Part shown: piece after piece, positions 40,721 through 55,519 of the stretch
How the letters are laid out: each line of letters begins with the position of its first letter
How positions within the stretch are numbered: the first letter of the stretch is position 1
From: Octopus sinensis
Taxonomy: Eukaryota
Direction: 5' to 3'
Assembly: GCF_006345805.1 (NCBI RefSeq)
Contig: NC_043005.1
Span: 55,614,001 to 55,678,000, forward strand
DNA length: 64,000 nt
Position numbers and translations under genes: made by a program
The notes under the pieces: model-generated
Told to the model about the DNA's origin: nothing
What the model saw: the letters and a program-made list of their open reading frames with translations, nothing else
Databases searched by the model: none

Positions 40721-41180
40721 TGTAGCATACTAACTCGTATATATGAATAAAGTTAGAATCTCAAAGCATAGATATTTGTTCTTTTCCACCTAAGTTGAAG
40801 ATAGTATATCTAGAAATTTATCAAATGGATTACATCATACCTCAGGAAATATTCGAATCACTGTCTGTTTAGTCAGCGTTAAACTATCAGTTTAACGGAT
40901 TTTTCTACCTGGCATTCGGTGCTTGGGTGCCTGTTGTCGATGATGCGCATTTACGCTGAAATTGTACGATAAAACAGACCCATCCGCTGGTGCAAACGAA
41001 ATTTCGTCAACCGATATTATCCTTGCATTTTTTCTATCAAACATCTATGCGAGATGATTTCTCAGAACGATTAAGGCGTCCTTAACACATCCAAATTAAA
41101 ATAGATGTACAAATTAACATTCGTTATAAAGATTGGTCCGTCGCTAATAGCTAATTTATACACACACACACACACACACG

Positions 41181-41211
41181 GACAGATAGATAGATAGATA
41201 AATATATAGAC

Positions 41212-41285
<74 letters not shown>

Positions 41286-41286
41286 G

Positions 41287-41348
<62 letters not shown>
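41181..41348. repeat. (GATA)n microsatellite at the 3' end of the Tx1 element
   Basis: Direct reading of the sequence. Confidence 0.97.
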
Positions 41349-41644
41349 TGTTTCTTTATTAGCCACACAGGGCTGCACACAGATAGAACAAATTACAAGG
41401 TAGAGCTTTTCTTTTGGGGGTAAAAAAAAGGGGGGGTTCGATCAAAAGGGATCGTAAAAGGAAAGAAAGAGGACAAAAAAAGGGAGGGGTTTTAAAAAAA
41501 GGGGGAGAGGAAAAAAAATTGATCAATAGGGATCGTTATCACAGAAATGTCAATATGAAGTGTAAAGGGGAGGACAGGTGAGGTTTACCCGTGGAAAGAA
41601 AAGCGTACGGAAAAGACCACGGTAACCTCGGTCAATGAAATCAC

Positions 41645-44600
41645 ATGTTATATTTCTTTTTTTTTTTTGGCAAATAAGCAACTCTCTGTATTAAATTTTA
41701 CGGTTCGTAGAATCATAGTCAAGGTGGCTTCGTTATTCATACGTGCCATCCTTGCTACATTCACCCATCTTTTTTTAAAACATTCGCTAGACAAAACTTG
41801 CCTCTCTACTCTCACTTTCCTCTTCAAGTGATACTTGAAGAAGTTGATGAGAGATTGGCCAGAGAGGAAAATGTTTGTCTCTAATCCTTTCAGGCGCGTT
41901 CACCAGATACATTCTTTCGCCATAGCCACAAGTATGATAAAAATAGCTCTTCCTTCCCGTTTGAAGGAAGGAGGTGTGACGATATTAACGATAGACTCGG
42001 CTGATAAACCGACACGTCCCACACGTGACAGCAGTCGTTCGACATAAGTCCACAGGTCGGAAATTGCTGGACACTGCACGAGTGCGTGCAGAGCTGTTTC
42101 GTCGCTCTGCCCGCATCTCGGGCAGGTCGGCCCCGTGTTTCTCGAGCCATGCCTATAGAGCTTATCCCGAACGGGTAGCGCTTCTCGGTAGCACCGCCAG
42201 GCCAGGGATCTCTGGAAGTTATCCATAGGTCCCGGGCCGAAAGTCGTTTGAAACAGGCGAGTCGGGTATTCCTCGTCGACGCCCAGGTTTGCCCCAAGAT
42301 CGTCGTCGTACCTCCCCTCCACTAATCCCCTATAGAATGCTTTGGTTGTGTTGAAGTCACTCAAGGTCGACCCGGGACGGCAGAGTTGCTTGAGAGCAAC
42401 GCGACACTCGCGGTGCCATTCGCCCTTCCTCGGCCTCTTTTTGATCCACGACTGCAGTTCGGTCATGGAGACGAGCTGCGGGAAAGCGTGCCTCACAAAC
42501 GGCGACCACACCTGTTCACCGTCGTCTACATAGAGCCAGAGATGTCGCAGTCTCAGCGCGTGTCTGCGCATCATCAACCACGGCATGCCCAGCCCTCCTT
42601 TTAACGGGTGTTGACAGCAAATGGATCGCCTGACCATCGGGACGCATCCTTTCCACAAGAAGCGGAAGAGAATGCGTTCTAGTTTGGTGATGGTAGGGTC
42701 GGGACTAGGTACGACGGTCAGGCGGTAGTAGATGATGGACGCGATGTACGCGTTCGCCACCTCCGCCCGACCTTTTAGGGACAGTTTCCTCTCGGCCCAT
42801 TGCTGGGCGAGAGTGACCACCCTACTCGTTATCTCGTTCCAGTCCTTCTCCATTTGGAGGTCCGGACCGAACCAGACCCCGAGCAACTTAACCGGGCCGT
42901 CTGTCCAGCGTCCCACGACGGAGGTACTGGTGGACGGCATGGGTTGCTTCTCCAGGTGCCGAGCCGCAAGCCCACTGATTTTTCCCGATTGATTTTGCTC
43001 CTGTCACCGCTTCGTAGTCTTTCAGTGTCTCGCCGACCCGCTCGATGTGCTCGTGGCTTGACACTATGACGGTGACGTCGTCCGCGTATGCAGACACGCT
43101 CGTCCCGCATCCCAATTCTCGCGGGATGCCCCTCAGAGTCGCCAGCTTCCGCAGTAGTGGCTCAAGAGTCAATACGTATAGAAGCGCCGAGAGGGGGCAT
43201 CCCTGACGGACCGAACGTGCAATGTCGAAAGGTCTCGATAGATGTCCATTTACGCGAATTACCGAACGGATGCCTCTGTACAAGGCAGCTATCCAGCCGC
43301 GGAAGACGGGACCGAAACCAGCTGCTCTCAGGACTGCCTCCAAGTATCGATGGTCTACCCTATCGAAGGCTTTCGATTGATCCAAGTTGATCAGGGCCCC
43401 ACCCATGCCAGGTTCGTTAACTACCCTGTCTATGATGTAGCGCATCAGATGGAGGTTGTCATGGATGCTCCGGCCCGGCACGGCACACGTTTGTGCGTTG
43501 TCGACCAGTTTCTCGATGACAAGCGCCAACCTCTTGGTTAACACCTTTGTCAAAATGTTCAGGTCTGCATTGAGCAGAGTGATCGGTCTAAAGTTATCTA
43601 TAATGTTCCCCTTGTTTGGATCTTTCTTCAGCAGAGTTACAGCTCCTCGACTCACAAAACCGGGTATGCTCCCGTTTTGCTGCCAGTTGCAGTATACCGC
43701 TGCCAAGACGTCTCCAAACAAGTCTGGCATACAATTGTAAAACTCGTAGGGCAGACCATCCAAACCCGGCGATTTGTCTCTCGAGCATTCTGCCATCGCG
43801 TCCCGCACATCCGCCGCCGTGATGGCACCTTCGCAGCACTCTGCCTCTCTTGCCGAGAGTCGTGGTAGGCTGTGCAGGTAGGCACTGAAGTCCACCCTGC
43901 GTTCACGCTCACCACTCGTCCCGTACAGTCGGGCAAAGTGCCGCTGAAATGTCTCGCACATCTTGCTGGGCTCGAGCAATTCGCGCCCCTGTTCATCTAC
44001 CAAAGACCGAATGGTGGCTTTGTTGCCCTGCTGCGCCTCGGCCACCCGGGCCTCCCTCGCGGCTCCAACACCTTCCATCCTTAGAGCACGCATCCTAGCC
44101 CTGACAGCACACTCTTCGTGTTTGGCGTTGAAGTGTTGTTCAAGGGCCAACCTCGCCGCCAAAACGTCGGATGTGATGCCACTTCTTATTGCCTCTTCTA
44201 ACTTCTTAACTAACTCACCCTCTACTCTATTTCTATCTACGGCTAGTGCCTTGCTATATCTAATTGCTTCCGCTTTTACTGCTCTCTTGAGGGCGAACCA
44301 CCATTTGTTGTTGACAATGGCTCCCGTTAAAGCCCTTTTTACTAACGTGTTGATTCTGTCTCTGAAAACTTGTCTGGACGGGAATGATGCGTTCAGTTTC
44401 CAGTACCCAGGACCCTGTCTATGTGCCTTATCTAAGTCTAGCGTACACGTCACGAATTTGTGATCCGTGTAGCTGATTGTGTGGAATTGTGGACATCCTA
44501 AGTTATCCTTGTCTGCTGTCCTACACAGTATCCTATCTAGATACGATCTCGACGACCCACTGCGGTTGCTCCATGTCCACGTTGGTGCATTTGGGTGGTC

Positions 44601-45135
44601 GAGTCGGTACCTGTCAGACAGTTGGAATCGTCTAAGCAGGTCTCTGAGGCATTTGCATCCCCTTCTGTTTTTGTCTCTCCCCACATAGTCTAGATGTGTG
44701 TCCAAGGTAGCATTCCAATCCCCCACTAAAAGTAAAGGACGAGACGTTCCCAAGAATACTTCTAGACGTCGAAAGAAATCCGGCCGACCTGTTAAAAGCG
44801 GTGCGTAGACTGATACGAGTCGAAAAGCGCACCCATTGCTGCCGTCGACATCCAGAACGATCAGTCTACCCTCCGGGTCTACGAATATCGTCTTGACTTC
44901 GAGATCCAGGCTCTTGTGAAAAAGTACCGCGGTGCCACTACCGCCCATCCTCGGCAGACAGGGAGCAAAATAAATGTTAAACTGTCCGCCAAACATGGAC
45001 TTTAGGGCCCGTGGCTCGTGGAGTCTGATCTCACTTATGGCTATGATTCCCAAATCATGTGATGTCATTTAGGAGGTATCCTTGTTTCCAAGGAGACCCC
45101 AAGCCACGCGCATTCACACAACCAATTTTGACCAT
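41645..45135 (-). pseudogene. Tx1 ORF2 (APE endonuclease + reverse transcriptase + zf-RVT-like C-terminus), disrupted
   Basis: Begins MVKIGCVNARGLGSPWKQGYLL at ATG 45135, with a frameshift near 45065 into ORF 42888-45068. Motifs: IAISE, LVGDWNA, SYLDRI, YTDHK, KSPGLDGLPYEFY, NFRPITLLNAD, LDQSKAFDRVDH, SVRQGCPLS, YADDV. Two frameshifts near 42970-42990 lead into ORF 41900-42940 (LPVRDKL...CPRCGQSDETALHALVQC). A TGA at 41900-41902 interrupts a frame that stays open to ~41645. Confidence 0.92.
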
Positions 45136-45185
45136 GATTCTATTGGGGTGTGTGCTTTAAAATACAAAAAGGAATGTACAGAGAG

Positions 45186-46906
45186 TTACTTACTTGTGTC
45201 GAAAGTTTTGGCTTCCTCGTTCTTTGATGTGTCTTCGAGGAGGTTTTTATAAAGTTTTTGGGAGAGATATTTTTGGAAACCCCCTACAGCATTTGGGAAG
45301 AGGGCTTTGAGTTTGTGGTGTTGTGTTTGTGTGATGTGTAGTATTTTGATGTGTTTGGGTGGTGTAGTGCGTGGATGATTGCTATTTTTAAAGTCATCTT
45401 CACAAATGTTTGTGTAGCCTGTGATGTACTCCATTAGTTTGGAGTCTTTGGTGTTTATCGCTGATAGCATTGTGTGTGTTTTTGTGGTGTTGGTGCTTCT
45501 TTGGTTGTGTATGGAGTTTTCAGGGTTCAGGTATCTCCCTGCTTTGGTTGCGATTTCTTTGTTTGGTCTTTCTTGATCTTTTTCTTTTACCCCCTGTGGC
45601 TATTTGCCATTCTGTTGAACTTTCATCGTAAAATGAAAAGTCTGACGAATCAGCCGGGGGTAAGGGTAAAGCGTCTGGGTCTGTTTGTGCGGTTGTAGAT
45701 ATTGTTGTGGTGCGCGGGGAGGGTGTTGCTGGGGGGTTTGTTGTGGTTATTGTCTCTCCTACATCCTTGGTGCTTGTCTTCTTCGTTGTTATTCTCGGTG
45801 TTGGAATTGGTTTAGTTGTTGTTGGTGGTGATGATTCTGTTCTTGGCGCTGGTGTTGGTGTTGTTTGGTTGGGTTGGCTTGTTCTTTTTTGTTTTTCATG
45901 CATTTCTGCATACAGTTTCTGGATTAGCCGTCCATATTGTGGTGTGGGCAATAATGCTGGCTTTTGTGGTTTTTCCTGTGGCTGTTGTTGTTGTTGTTGT
46001 AATTATTTAGCGGCAGATTTGCACTCCTTTTTGAGGTGTACCTCACTGCCACATGTATAGCATCGTGGCCTTCTGCCCTCGACTACTATGTACAACTTGC
46101 GGCCATCCGCAAGATGTACGTGGATGGGAATTTTGTTGATGTCTTGACTTATGTGGAAGAGAAACTCCATTCTCTTTCCCAGCCAGTCCTTGTTTTTCGA
46201 AACAGCGATATCTAGGATGTTTAAGTCCTCTATTTCGGATGTTATGGCGGATGTTATTCACAGTGTTGTTGTTACTTGGGGGACATTATTGATAATAACC
46301 TTCGTCACCTTCTGGCCATGGTAACTCGGTGTCATCGTTAGTTCATCAGAATGAAGGGTTATCGTTGAGAATTTCTTCGCCAACTCTTCATTCTGAAAAA
46401 CCACCTGTACGTGGGCGAACAAGTTCGCCCAAGTCACATAATCCTTGTATCCCCAGATGGGGCGTAGGCACTTTTCTATTTTGTCTGTGCTTGCCTTTTC
46501 TGGACTTTTATTTGTTTTATTTGTTATTTTATAAACAATGGTTTTCTTTTTTTCTTCATTCAGTATGTGTTGTGGTATGTGTAAGAGTATTTTGCCGTTT
46601 TCATTGGTGATAAGGTTTCTGCAATCTTTTATTTGTTGTGTAGTAAACGAAACTCTTGTTACTTTTTCTTTTATCGCCTCGGCGAAGTTTGTTGTTGTTT
46701 TGTTATTGTTGTTACTGCCGGTGGTGTTGGTGTTGATGGCAGGGGTGTGGGTTGTAGGTTTGTGGTTGCTGATTATGCAACTAGCAAGGGGTGGAAAATT
46801 GTCTGCGTAATTTGGTCCTGCATTAGCGCAAATTTCGGCATTTCGTTTGGTTGTCGTTGTTATTTTTTCACTTGTTGGTGATGGAGTGAGCAGTGGTTGA
46901 AGGGAA

Positions 46907-46938
<32 letters not shown>

Positions 46939-47433
46939 GTTGTTATTGTCGTTCTTGGTGACGGCGGTGGTGTTAGTGGTATTAGTAGCATTGACGGCAC
47001 GGTCTTTGGTGGCGGTGATGGTGATGTTGGTATTGTTATTGGTGGCGATGTCTTTAGCAGGGATAGCAGTTTTAGTAGCAGATGCTGCCATGGTGTTGTA
47101 GTCGGTGTTGGTGGTGGACTCACTGGTGGTGTTGACGGTGCTTGGCCTTGCGACCTTTGTTTTGTATTTGTTGCTGTTGTCGATGCTGATGGTGGTGGTG
47201 GTGGTGGTGAAAGCGGTGGTGGTAACAGTAGTAGTCTCTTTGTTGTTCTTGTTAGAGGTGGTGGTGGTGGTGACAGGGCTGTTACTACAAGTGGTTGCAG
47301 CGTTTATTCCAAAATCATTTATGTTTGCACTTTGCGTGCATAAGTTCTTTTTTTCTCCTAGCGTTTCCAGACTAGGAAAATGGTGGTCGATAGAGGAATG
47401 CGACCATCGTTCTAAAATACAATTTCTCGACAT
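45186..47433 (-). pseudogene. Tx1 ORF1 (gag-like nucleic-acid-binding protein), frameshifted
   Basis: Pieces in ORFs 46258-47517, 45520-45951 and 45186-45470. A CX2CX4HX4C knuckle, GRRPRCYTCGSEVHLKKEC, reads on the minus strand at ~46022-46080. An RRM-like region (HVQVVFQNEELAKKF...TKVIINNVP) and a T/N-rich low-complexity N-terminus precede it. Confidence 0.85.
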
Positions 47434-47633
47434 TTTCAAAATGTCGAAAAGGAAATTACACAAATTAAATAGGGTTGAAACTGCCCCTAGGGGCGAATTC
47501 CTCCCTTGGAAAAGCACTCAAACGAAAGTTGGGTGCCTTACACACCTTATTTACAAAAATGTACACAAAATATGGGCTATAGATAGTCAAAATAAACGAT
47601 TACCTTCGGAGCCGAACTGACATCACGTCCGTC

Positions 47634-47829
<196 letters not shown>

Positions 47830-48486
47830 TACATGCATATAGATATGGATATATCCAAAAACTGTTTTCAGTACAACCAACAAATCTATTTCTGTCCTCA
47901 CATTCTTACTCAGTCAAGTTTGTTACAAGTCTTTCCATGGTTTTGTTGTTTGTTTTGTTTTATTGTTTCTTAAAGTATAATCGCTTTTGTTTACTGTTAA
48001 TAAAGTACTATGAGAATGCCTTGAAACGGCTAATTACAATACAAACATCATTATCACGAAGTGGATCAATAAAAAAAAGAGTGACAAGTGTAGTACTAAT
48101 AAAAGATTTATACAGGCTAAAATATCGATTTAGACGCCTCCCACATTGTCATTAGAGTAGATTACATGTGTTAAGTAAACTACATTGGATTCAACAAAGA
48201 GCTTTTCATAAAATGGAAGACGACGAGAAGAAAAAAGAAACTGGAATTGTTCAGAGATGGCCGTTTGTGTGTGTGTGTGTGTGTGTCTGTGTGTGTCTGT
48301 GTGTGTGTGTGCGCGCGTGTGTATGTGTGCGTGCGTGCGTTTTGAAATGTAGGACAGCTATGAATAAAATGGAACAGGAAAAAGAGTAAAAAATTGTCTC
48401 TTAGCTTTGAACTATAATAGTATATAGTACGTGCATATGTATATATGTGTATGTATGTAGATAGAGAGATAGACAGATAGACATAC

Positions 48487-48577
<91 letters not shown>

Positions 48578-49761
48578 AGCTTTGTTGATGATCCTTAAAT
48601 ACTAACGTACAAAAAGTGAGATCAATAACAATATACCTCTAAGAGTTCCGTAACCCTGCTGCCAATGAGATGATGTTTCGTGGATAGTTTTCTAAGAGTT
48701 GCTTCCCTTAACATAGTGAAATGCTACTTCTCGTTCAAATATATATTTTCATGTTATAAAATGAATTTTCAAATTACGCGTGTGCGCGCGCGCACATGCG
48801 TTTTTGCGTTCACATGCATGTGCATACACACTCCTGCATACACACTCGTGCACGCACGCTTGTACTCGAGTTATAGGCGCACAAAAAACTGACAGAACGG
48901 GATTTGTATATTAGATGAGCCAATGAGACAGACCTCTACATGGTAGCCAGACCTAGCGGAAATAAACAGCTAATCTCCCTCAAATCACACTTTACTGTCT
49001 TATGTATGTATATATGTATGTATGAGCCAATGAGGAAGACCTCTACATGGTAGCTAGACCTGGTATAAATAGCAGCCAAATATCCCTCAAAACACCCTGC
49101 TATCTTATGTATATATATATGTTTGTATTAACAGTTCTTTGGCTTTTGCATTCGACGACTTGCTTTAAGTATTTTATTTCGATTATCACTGACGTAGTGG
49201 CAAGAACAACAGGATACATAACAGGAGTTTCGAATAAAAATAAAAATCGAAGTTTTAATTATCCGATGGACAGGCCATAAGGATTACAAAAATAGCGATT
49301 CTCACTTTGAAACCGACAGGATACACAGGTTAAAGGTAGTGGTGTATATACTGAATGATAAAGATGTTGGCTGGTGAGGATAATGACAGATACGCGAGGC
49401 TGTTCAGGGAAAATGTGGCGTCCAGTGGAAAATAAAGTGGTAAAGGATAATATTGAGAATGCAGGATGGGTGACAAAGGAGAGGCATAACTTGTGGCACA
49501 AGAGTGGAAAAGAAATATGTGCAGTTTCTCTCATATAGAGATATATTAGATGATGAGTAAATAGTGAAGTAGTTAGGAGAGTGATGGAGGGATGTTTATT
49601 AAGAAAATGAATTATGAAGAATTACCAAAGACAGATTGGGTGCAAGACCATAAAAAAATATATAAGAAAAGACAGCCTTTTAGGGCGTCAAATTTTGCTG
49701 AGATGGAAGGGTTTTCTCGAGCAAAACAAATTGCCTATCACATATATACATATATATATAT

Positions 49762-50770
<1,009 letters not shown>

Positions 50771-50786
50771 TACATGTTTTGTGTGC

Positions 50787-50839
<53 letters not shown>

Positions 50840-50841
<2 letters not shown>

Positions 50842-51310
50842 CCCGCAGAACTTCTGAAGTTCGCAACTGATTTTCTCCAAACTGGGAACATACATTACTT
50901 ATGCTCCAGATATGGTTTTTAGAGTTTTAGTAAACTCAATCGGAAAAACAATTTCACTTCTTGTTAATGATAAAGCAGGACCACCCAGAGTTTTTTGCCT
51001 TATTGATCTTATTGTTCTTTTGAAACTTTGTATTTTTGGCAATTTCGGTGAAACATCCAGATAGCAATTTTCAAAAACGCTAGACACAACAGAATGAGGT
51101 GGATCTTAGGCTGTCTTGACTATTTGACGCATTTTTGAGACAATTTTATTGGACTCAATTTCGACGGAATCCAATACATGATTATACTCTTTAGAAAATT
51201 TAACAATATCATCATTGATTATTATTCGAGCAAGACATTTTGATAGAAAATATTTCTCACATTTCCAATATTTTTGTTCACCATTTTGACTAATTCTATG
51301 AAAAGAATGC
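50840..51310 (-). mobile_element. MULE/MuDR-like transposase fragment
   Basis: LPKIQSFKRTIRSIRQ...[20 protein letters not shown] resembles the region N-terminal to MULE catalytic domains. Confidence 0.5.
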
Positions 51311-51321
51311 CCATTGAAAAG

Positions 51322-53625
51322 TATTAGGTCATTAAAAATTAAATGCCCGATTTTCTAATGCACCAAGTTTGACAGTCGTTAACTCTAATGTTTTATCCTG
51401 ACAATTCTTTGTTTTATAACATTGAAGAGTTACATCATCACTTTTCGAAATGCAGTTCATGGTGTCTGCTTATATTGTGAGTTTTCTCTTGTAAATCAAT
51501 TTTTGTGAACCCATGGATAGATAAAAAATTCGTGTTGTTTAATGAATATGAGTTTTGTCGTGGAACCAATGCATCCCAGACAGCTCGAAACATCAATGAG
51601 GTGTTTGGTGAAGATGTGGCGAATAAGCACCCTGCACGTCGATAGTTTGAGAAGTTCCGGTCTGGTGGCTTTACTCTTGAAAATCAGCCTGAGACTAAGG
51701 CGAATGATGATGAGCAGGAAACTGTAGTGGAAGCGGATACATCTCAAACTACGCGTGAGTTAGCAGCAAGGTTTGATGGTCCAACCGTATTGGACCATCT
51801 GAAACAAATCGGCTTGATAAAGAAGCTGGACAAGTGGGTACCACACGAACTGAACAAGCATCAAGTGACACGTCGTCTTGAAACTTGCTCTTCTTTGCTA
51901 TCATGGCAAAAAAGTGAACCAATTCGGTATCGTATCGTTACGTGTGATGAAAAATAGATTCTTTTGAACAATAGCAAGCGTTCTGCACGGTGGTTGGATA
52001 GAGACAAAGTACCAAAACATAATTCCAAAAAGAATATTCACTAAAAAAAGCTAGTGGTGTCTGTTTGGTGGTCCAGCGATAGTGTCATCCACTACAGCTT
52101 CATGAGACCTGGTAAGTCAATTACAGCGGGTGTATACATCAACCATTTGGATGAAATGATGAGTGAACTTGCAATGAAACAACCAAGACTGGTCGATAGA
52201 AACAGGCTAATTCTCTAGTAAGACAATGCTCGACCACATGCTGCACAAAAAACGCTACACAAGTTATAGAAACTGATCTTCGAAGTACTCTCTCATCCAC
52301 CATATTCACCAGACCTTACACAACTGACTATCACGTTTTCCAGGCATTAGACAACTGTAGCGGACCCTTAGAGAAATCCTCCCCCCCCCTCTCTCTCTCT
52401 CTCTTTCTCTCTCACTGACATATACGTATAACACAAATACGGACGTAGCAGATAACAGCCAACCTTCGTACCCTTAGGCCCAGTTGTGTCCACAACTCTG
52501 ATTGGTTAGTTTGGGTGCAGTTTATCTCTTGCTTTATTTCGCGCCAGTGTGCAAACCAATCAATCGCAACCTTCCGATAAGGTCCCGTGACACTGCTTTC
52601 TAAAGCTAGTTTGAGCCTGTAGTTTGCTATAAAACACAGCGATTCATTGAATCGCACGTCTTTGGTTCTCACCACTGATCACAGAGCACCCAGCGACACA
52701 GCCATGTTCCAGAGACAGTCAGCCAGTTCCAGCGACCGCGACACCACCACTAGCAGCATTTCAGGATCTTCACCACCGTCACCTTCACCTTAATGTCGCC
52801 TTCATCTTAAAGTCGTCTCCACCATCGTCGCCTTTATCTTACGTACACAGCAGCATCGCCCAGGTTTAACTTCACGCTGTTTATGAGTACTTCACCATGG
52901 TTAACAGCTAGCTCAGCCTGCGAGAACCTTCTGTACCAAGTAACCCGGCACAGCATAGAAGCTACAACCGCTACATGACATGTGTTCAACCGGCTCTGCC
53001 TTGTGACCTCAACTATTGTGCGAACTGGTATCTATCTTCAACTTGTGTCTGAACTTCTAGCGTCCTGTTATAGACTCATTTCTATGCTCTGTATTTTATC
53101 TCACATGCATACACCCTTGTTTGTACACACCTACACGTTATGTATGCTTAGCGGTCTGTCTATTATTATTCTTATTATATATGTACTTATGACGCACACA
53201 GGTACACACACTCTGCTACCCACATGTTAACATCTAAATAAACCTTTCTCTTTAACATACTGCGGTTGTATTGTCTTTCTCCATATTCTTTCTGGCATCT
53301 GTATTCGTTTATCCATATTTTGACTTTTATTGTAAGGCGACCGTGCGGTGTTTAAAAGGAGTCGTTCATTCGCCACCATCTCATTTCGCACGGTCGAAGG
53401 AAAAAACTTCAAATCTGAAGAAGATGCAAAAACATCCTTTCGTGATTTCATCATCTCTTGCTCTCCAGAATTCTTCGCTGCTGGCATAAATAAGCTACCG
53501 ATAAATGGCAAAACTGTGTTGATAATTTAGGTGCATACTTTGATTAACTGCATTGCATTTTCTCGAGATAAAGTAAAATAAACTTTCAGTTGAAAATCGG
53601 ATATTTTATTCTTAATGATCTGATA
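51322..53625 (+). mobile_element. Degraded mariner transposon interrupted by a ~1-kb insertion
   Basis: TATTAGGTCATTAA...TTAATGATCTGATA ends; VEADTSQTTRELA, KLDKWVPHEL, IVTCDEK, DNARPH and HPPYSPDL motifs. The transposase resumes at ~53398 (GKNFKSEEDAK). Confidence 0.85.
52356..53390 (+). mobile_element. Probable solo LTR inserted in the mariner
   Basis: Starts TGTAGCGG, has AATAAA near 53237 and ends in CA, and splits the mariner ORF. No clean target-site duplication found. Confidence 0.5.
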
Positions 53626-53931
53626 TCTTTTTACGATTATATATAAATATATTTTTCAATAAATATATTCAAACGACATTTTGCGTTAATTAAGTTTCTG
53701 AAACAGCTATTTATACTAATCGTTATGTAGAACGGGATTAATTGTGATCATCAGCCGAATTGAGTTTGAAACAAGAGCATCAACCGAATCGAGCTTGAAA
53801 ATAAATATTAAGAAATTTTGAAAATAACTAGTTCAAATAACTAGATCAAGTCTTTTTCTCGGCACTTGAAAATAAATATAACAAAAATTTTTAAATGTGT
53901 TTTAGATTAATTACCATTAGATGAAAAATAC

Positions 53932-54915
53932 TGTTACGAACCTGCCGTCGCTCAACTCGAACTCGGGACCCTAAGTCGAGCGACGACGACGACCACGCTC
54001 AGTCAAACGGAAATCCACCACAGAAGACGGTTATGGGTTGTCAGCGAACACAGACCGGTGACCGGAGACAACAACAACAACAACAGGAAGAGAGAGACAC
54101 GGCGGAAGGCAGTTGCTTACATTTAACAACAGTTTATCCAATTGTTACAACATCAAATAAAACGTAATACATATCAGATACATTTAAGAGAAGCATTTAC
54201 AACAGATTGTACAGGGTTAAAAGAAGAAAAACAAACAATAACAATCAATGCATGCACAATACACGACGTTCGAAAACAGTCCACATTAAATGTTCTTCCT
54301 CTTCTCTTCAACAATTCTTTTTTTTACATTTAACAGATTACAGTTTGTCATAATGTTCTTTTCCCTTCTTTTTCCTTCTCTTTTTACAGTTCTCTTTACA
54401 CAATGTTCTTTTCCCTTTTTTTAACACAGTTCACAAGTTCTTTTCTCTTTTCTTTTCACATTTCACATCAACATCCAAAATTCAACAACAAAAACATAAA
54501 CATTACCGCACGTTCCGAGTCTGCAACAACCTCAGCTCCCACTACAAATAGCCATGCCTTCTCGCCGTAATCTCCCTCACTTCCTCTCTACTGACATGTC
54601 CTCAATCCCCTGTGTCTGTCTTTCTCGCCACGCTTGTCATCCCTGTCGTTGCCTCTCGCCTGACATCTCTCACATTCACTGTCTCTGCCCAAACTGACCA
54701 CTAACCCCAATGCCAGCCGCATTTATAAAGGGTAGCATTTTTATTTCTTTCTTAAATTTTGCTTGACCGGATAAGGGTCAGAGGTACCTTCCAACCTCAT
54801 TAATTTCCCTTACCGGTAACAAGACAAAAGGCCCATAACTTGTTTCTCCAGCCTGTCCGGCACCAAACCAACGAAACTGGGTCATAGCACTTTTTCTCCG
54901 ACTGACCTCGTATCA
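53932..54915 (-). mobile_element. Solo LTR (Ty3/Gypsy-like) with 4-bp TSD ATAC
   Basis: TGTTACGA...TCGTATCA termini; ATAC at 53928-53931 and 54916-54919; TATAAA on the minus strand near 54725. Confidence 0.8.
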
Positions 54916-55135
54916 ATACGTTAGATTAATTGCTACAAGATCAATTGTATTTTAAATATTTTCGCCGGATACTATGTTAAACATACAGATACCAACATAC
55001 GCATTCAGTTGTTGTTTTATGCACACCACACACACACACACACAGAGTCTCACACAGTCACGTTCACACAAACACTCACACACAATTTCAAATAGTTACG
55101 TGCACACAGTCTCATACAGGTACGCGCGCGCGCAC

Positions 55136-55169
<34 letters not shown>

Positions 55170-55519
55170 CGTTTCATACAGTTACGCGCGCACACACATA
55201 CGCAATCTCATACCGTTACGCGCGCGCACAAGCACAAGTTTCATTCAGTTACGCGCACACGCACACTCACAGTTTCATACAGTTACGCGCATGCACACAT
55301 ACACACACAGAGAGTACCATACAATTATACGCACACACAAACACAGTCTCATAGTTACAAGAGCGCCGTCGCGCACACATACGCACACACACACACACAC
55401 AAACGCTCACACACACGCACATACGCTCACACACACATACGCACGCGCACACGCACACACGCACACACATACCTTCACACACACATACGTACGCGTGCAC
55501 ACACACACACACACACACA

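Larger units (their letters stand above)
41349..47633 (-). mobile_element. Full-length Tx1-clade (L1 superfamily) non-LTR retrotransposon, ~6.3 kb, inactivated by frameshifts and a nonsense codon
   Basis: ORF1 with a CCHC knuckle, then ORF2 with APE endonuclease, RT and a C-terminal Cys/His zinc-binding region. AATAAA (41355-41360, minus) lies just before a (TCTA)n tract, and (GATA)n tracts flank both ends. Confidence 0.93.

Noticed and set aside
41835-47620. Many plus-strand and alternate-frame ORFs overlapping the Tx1 element
   Set aside because: Antisense or off-frame shadows of a GC-rich coding region; no independent motifs.
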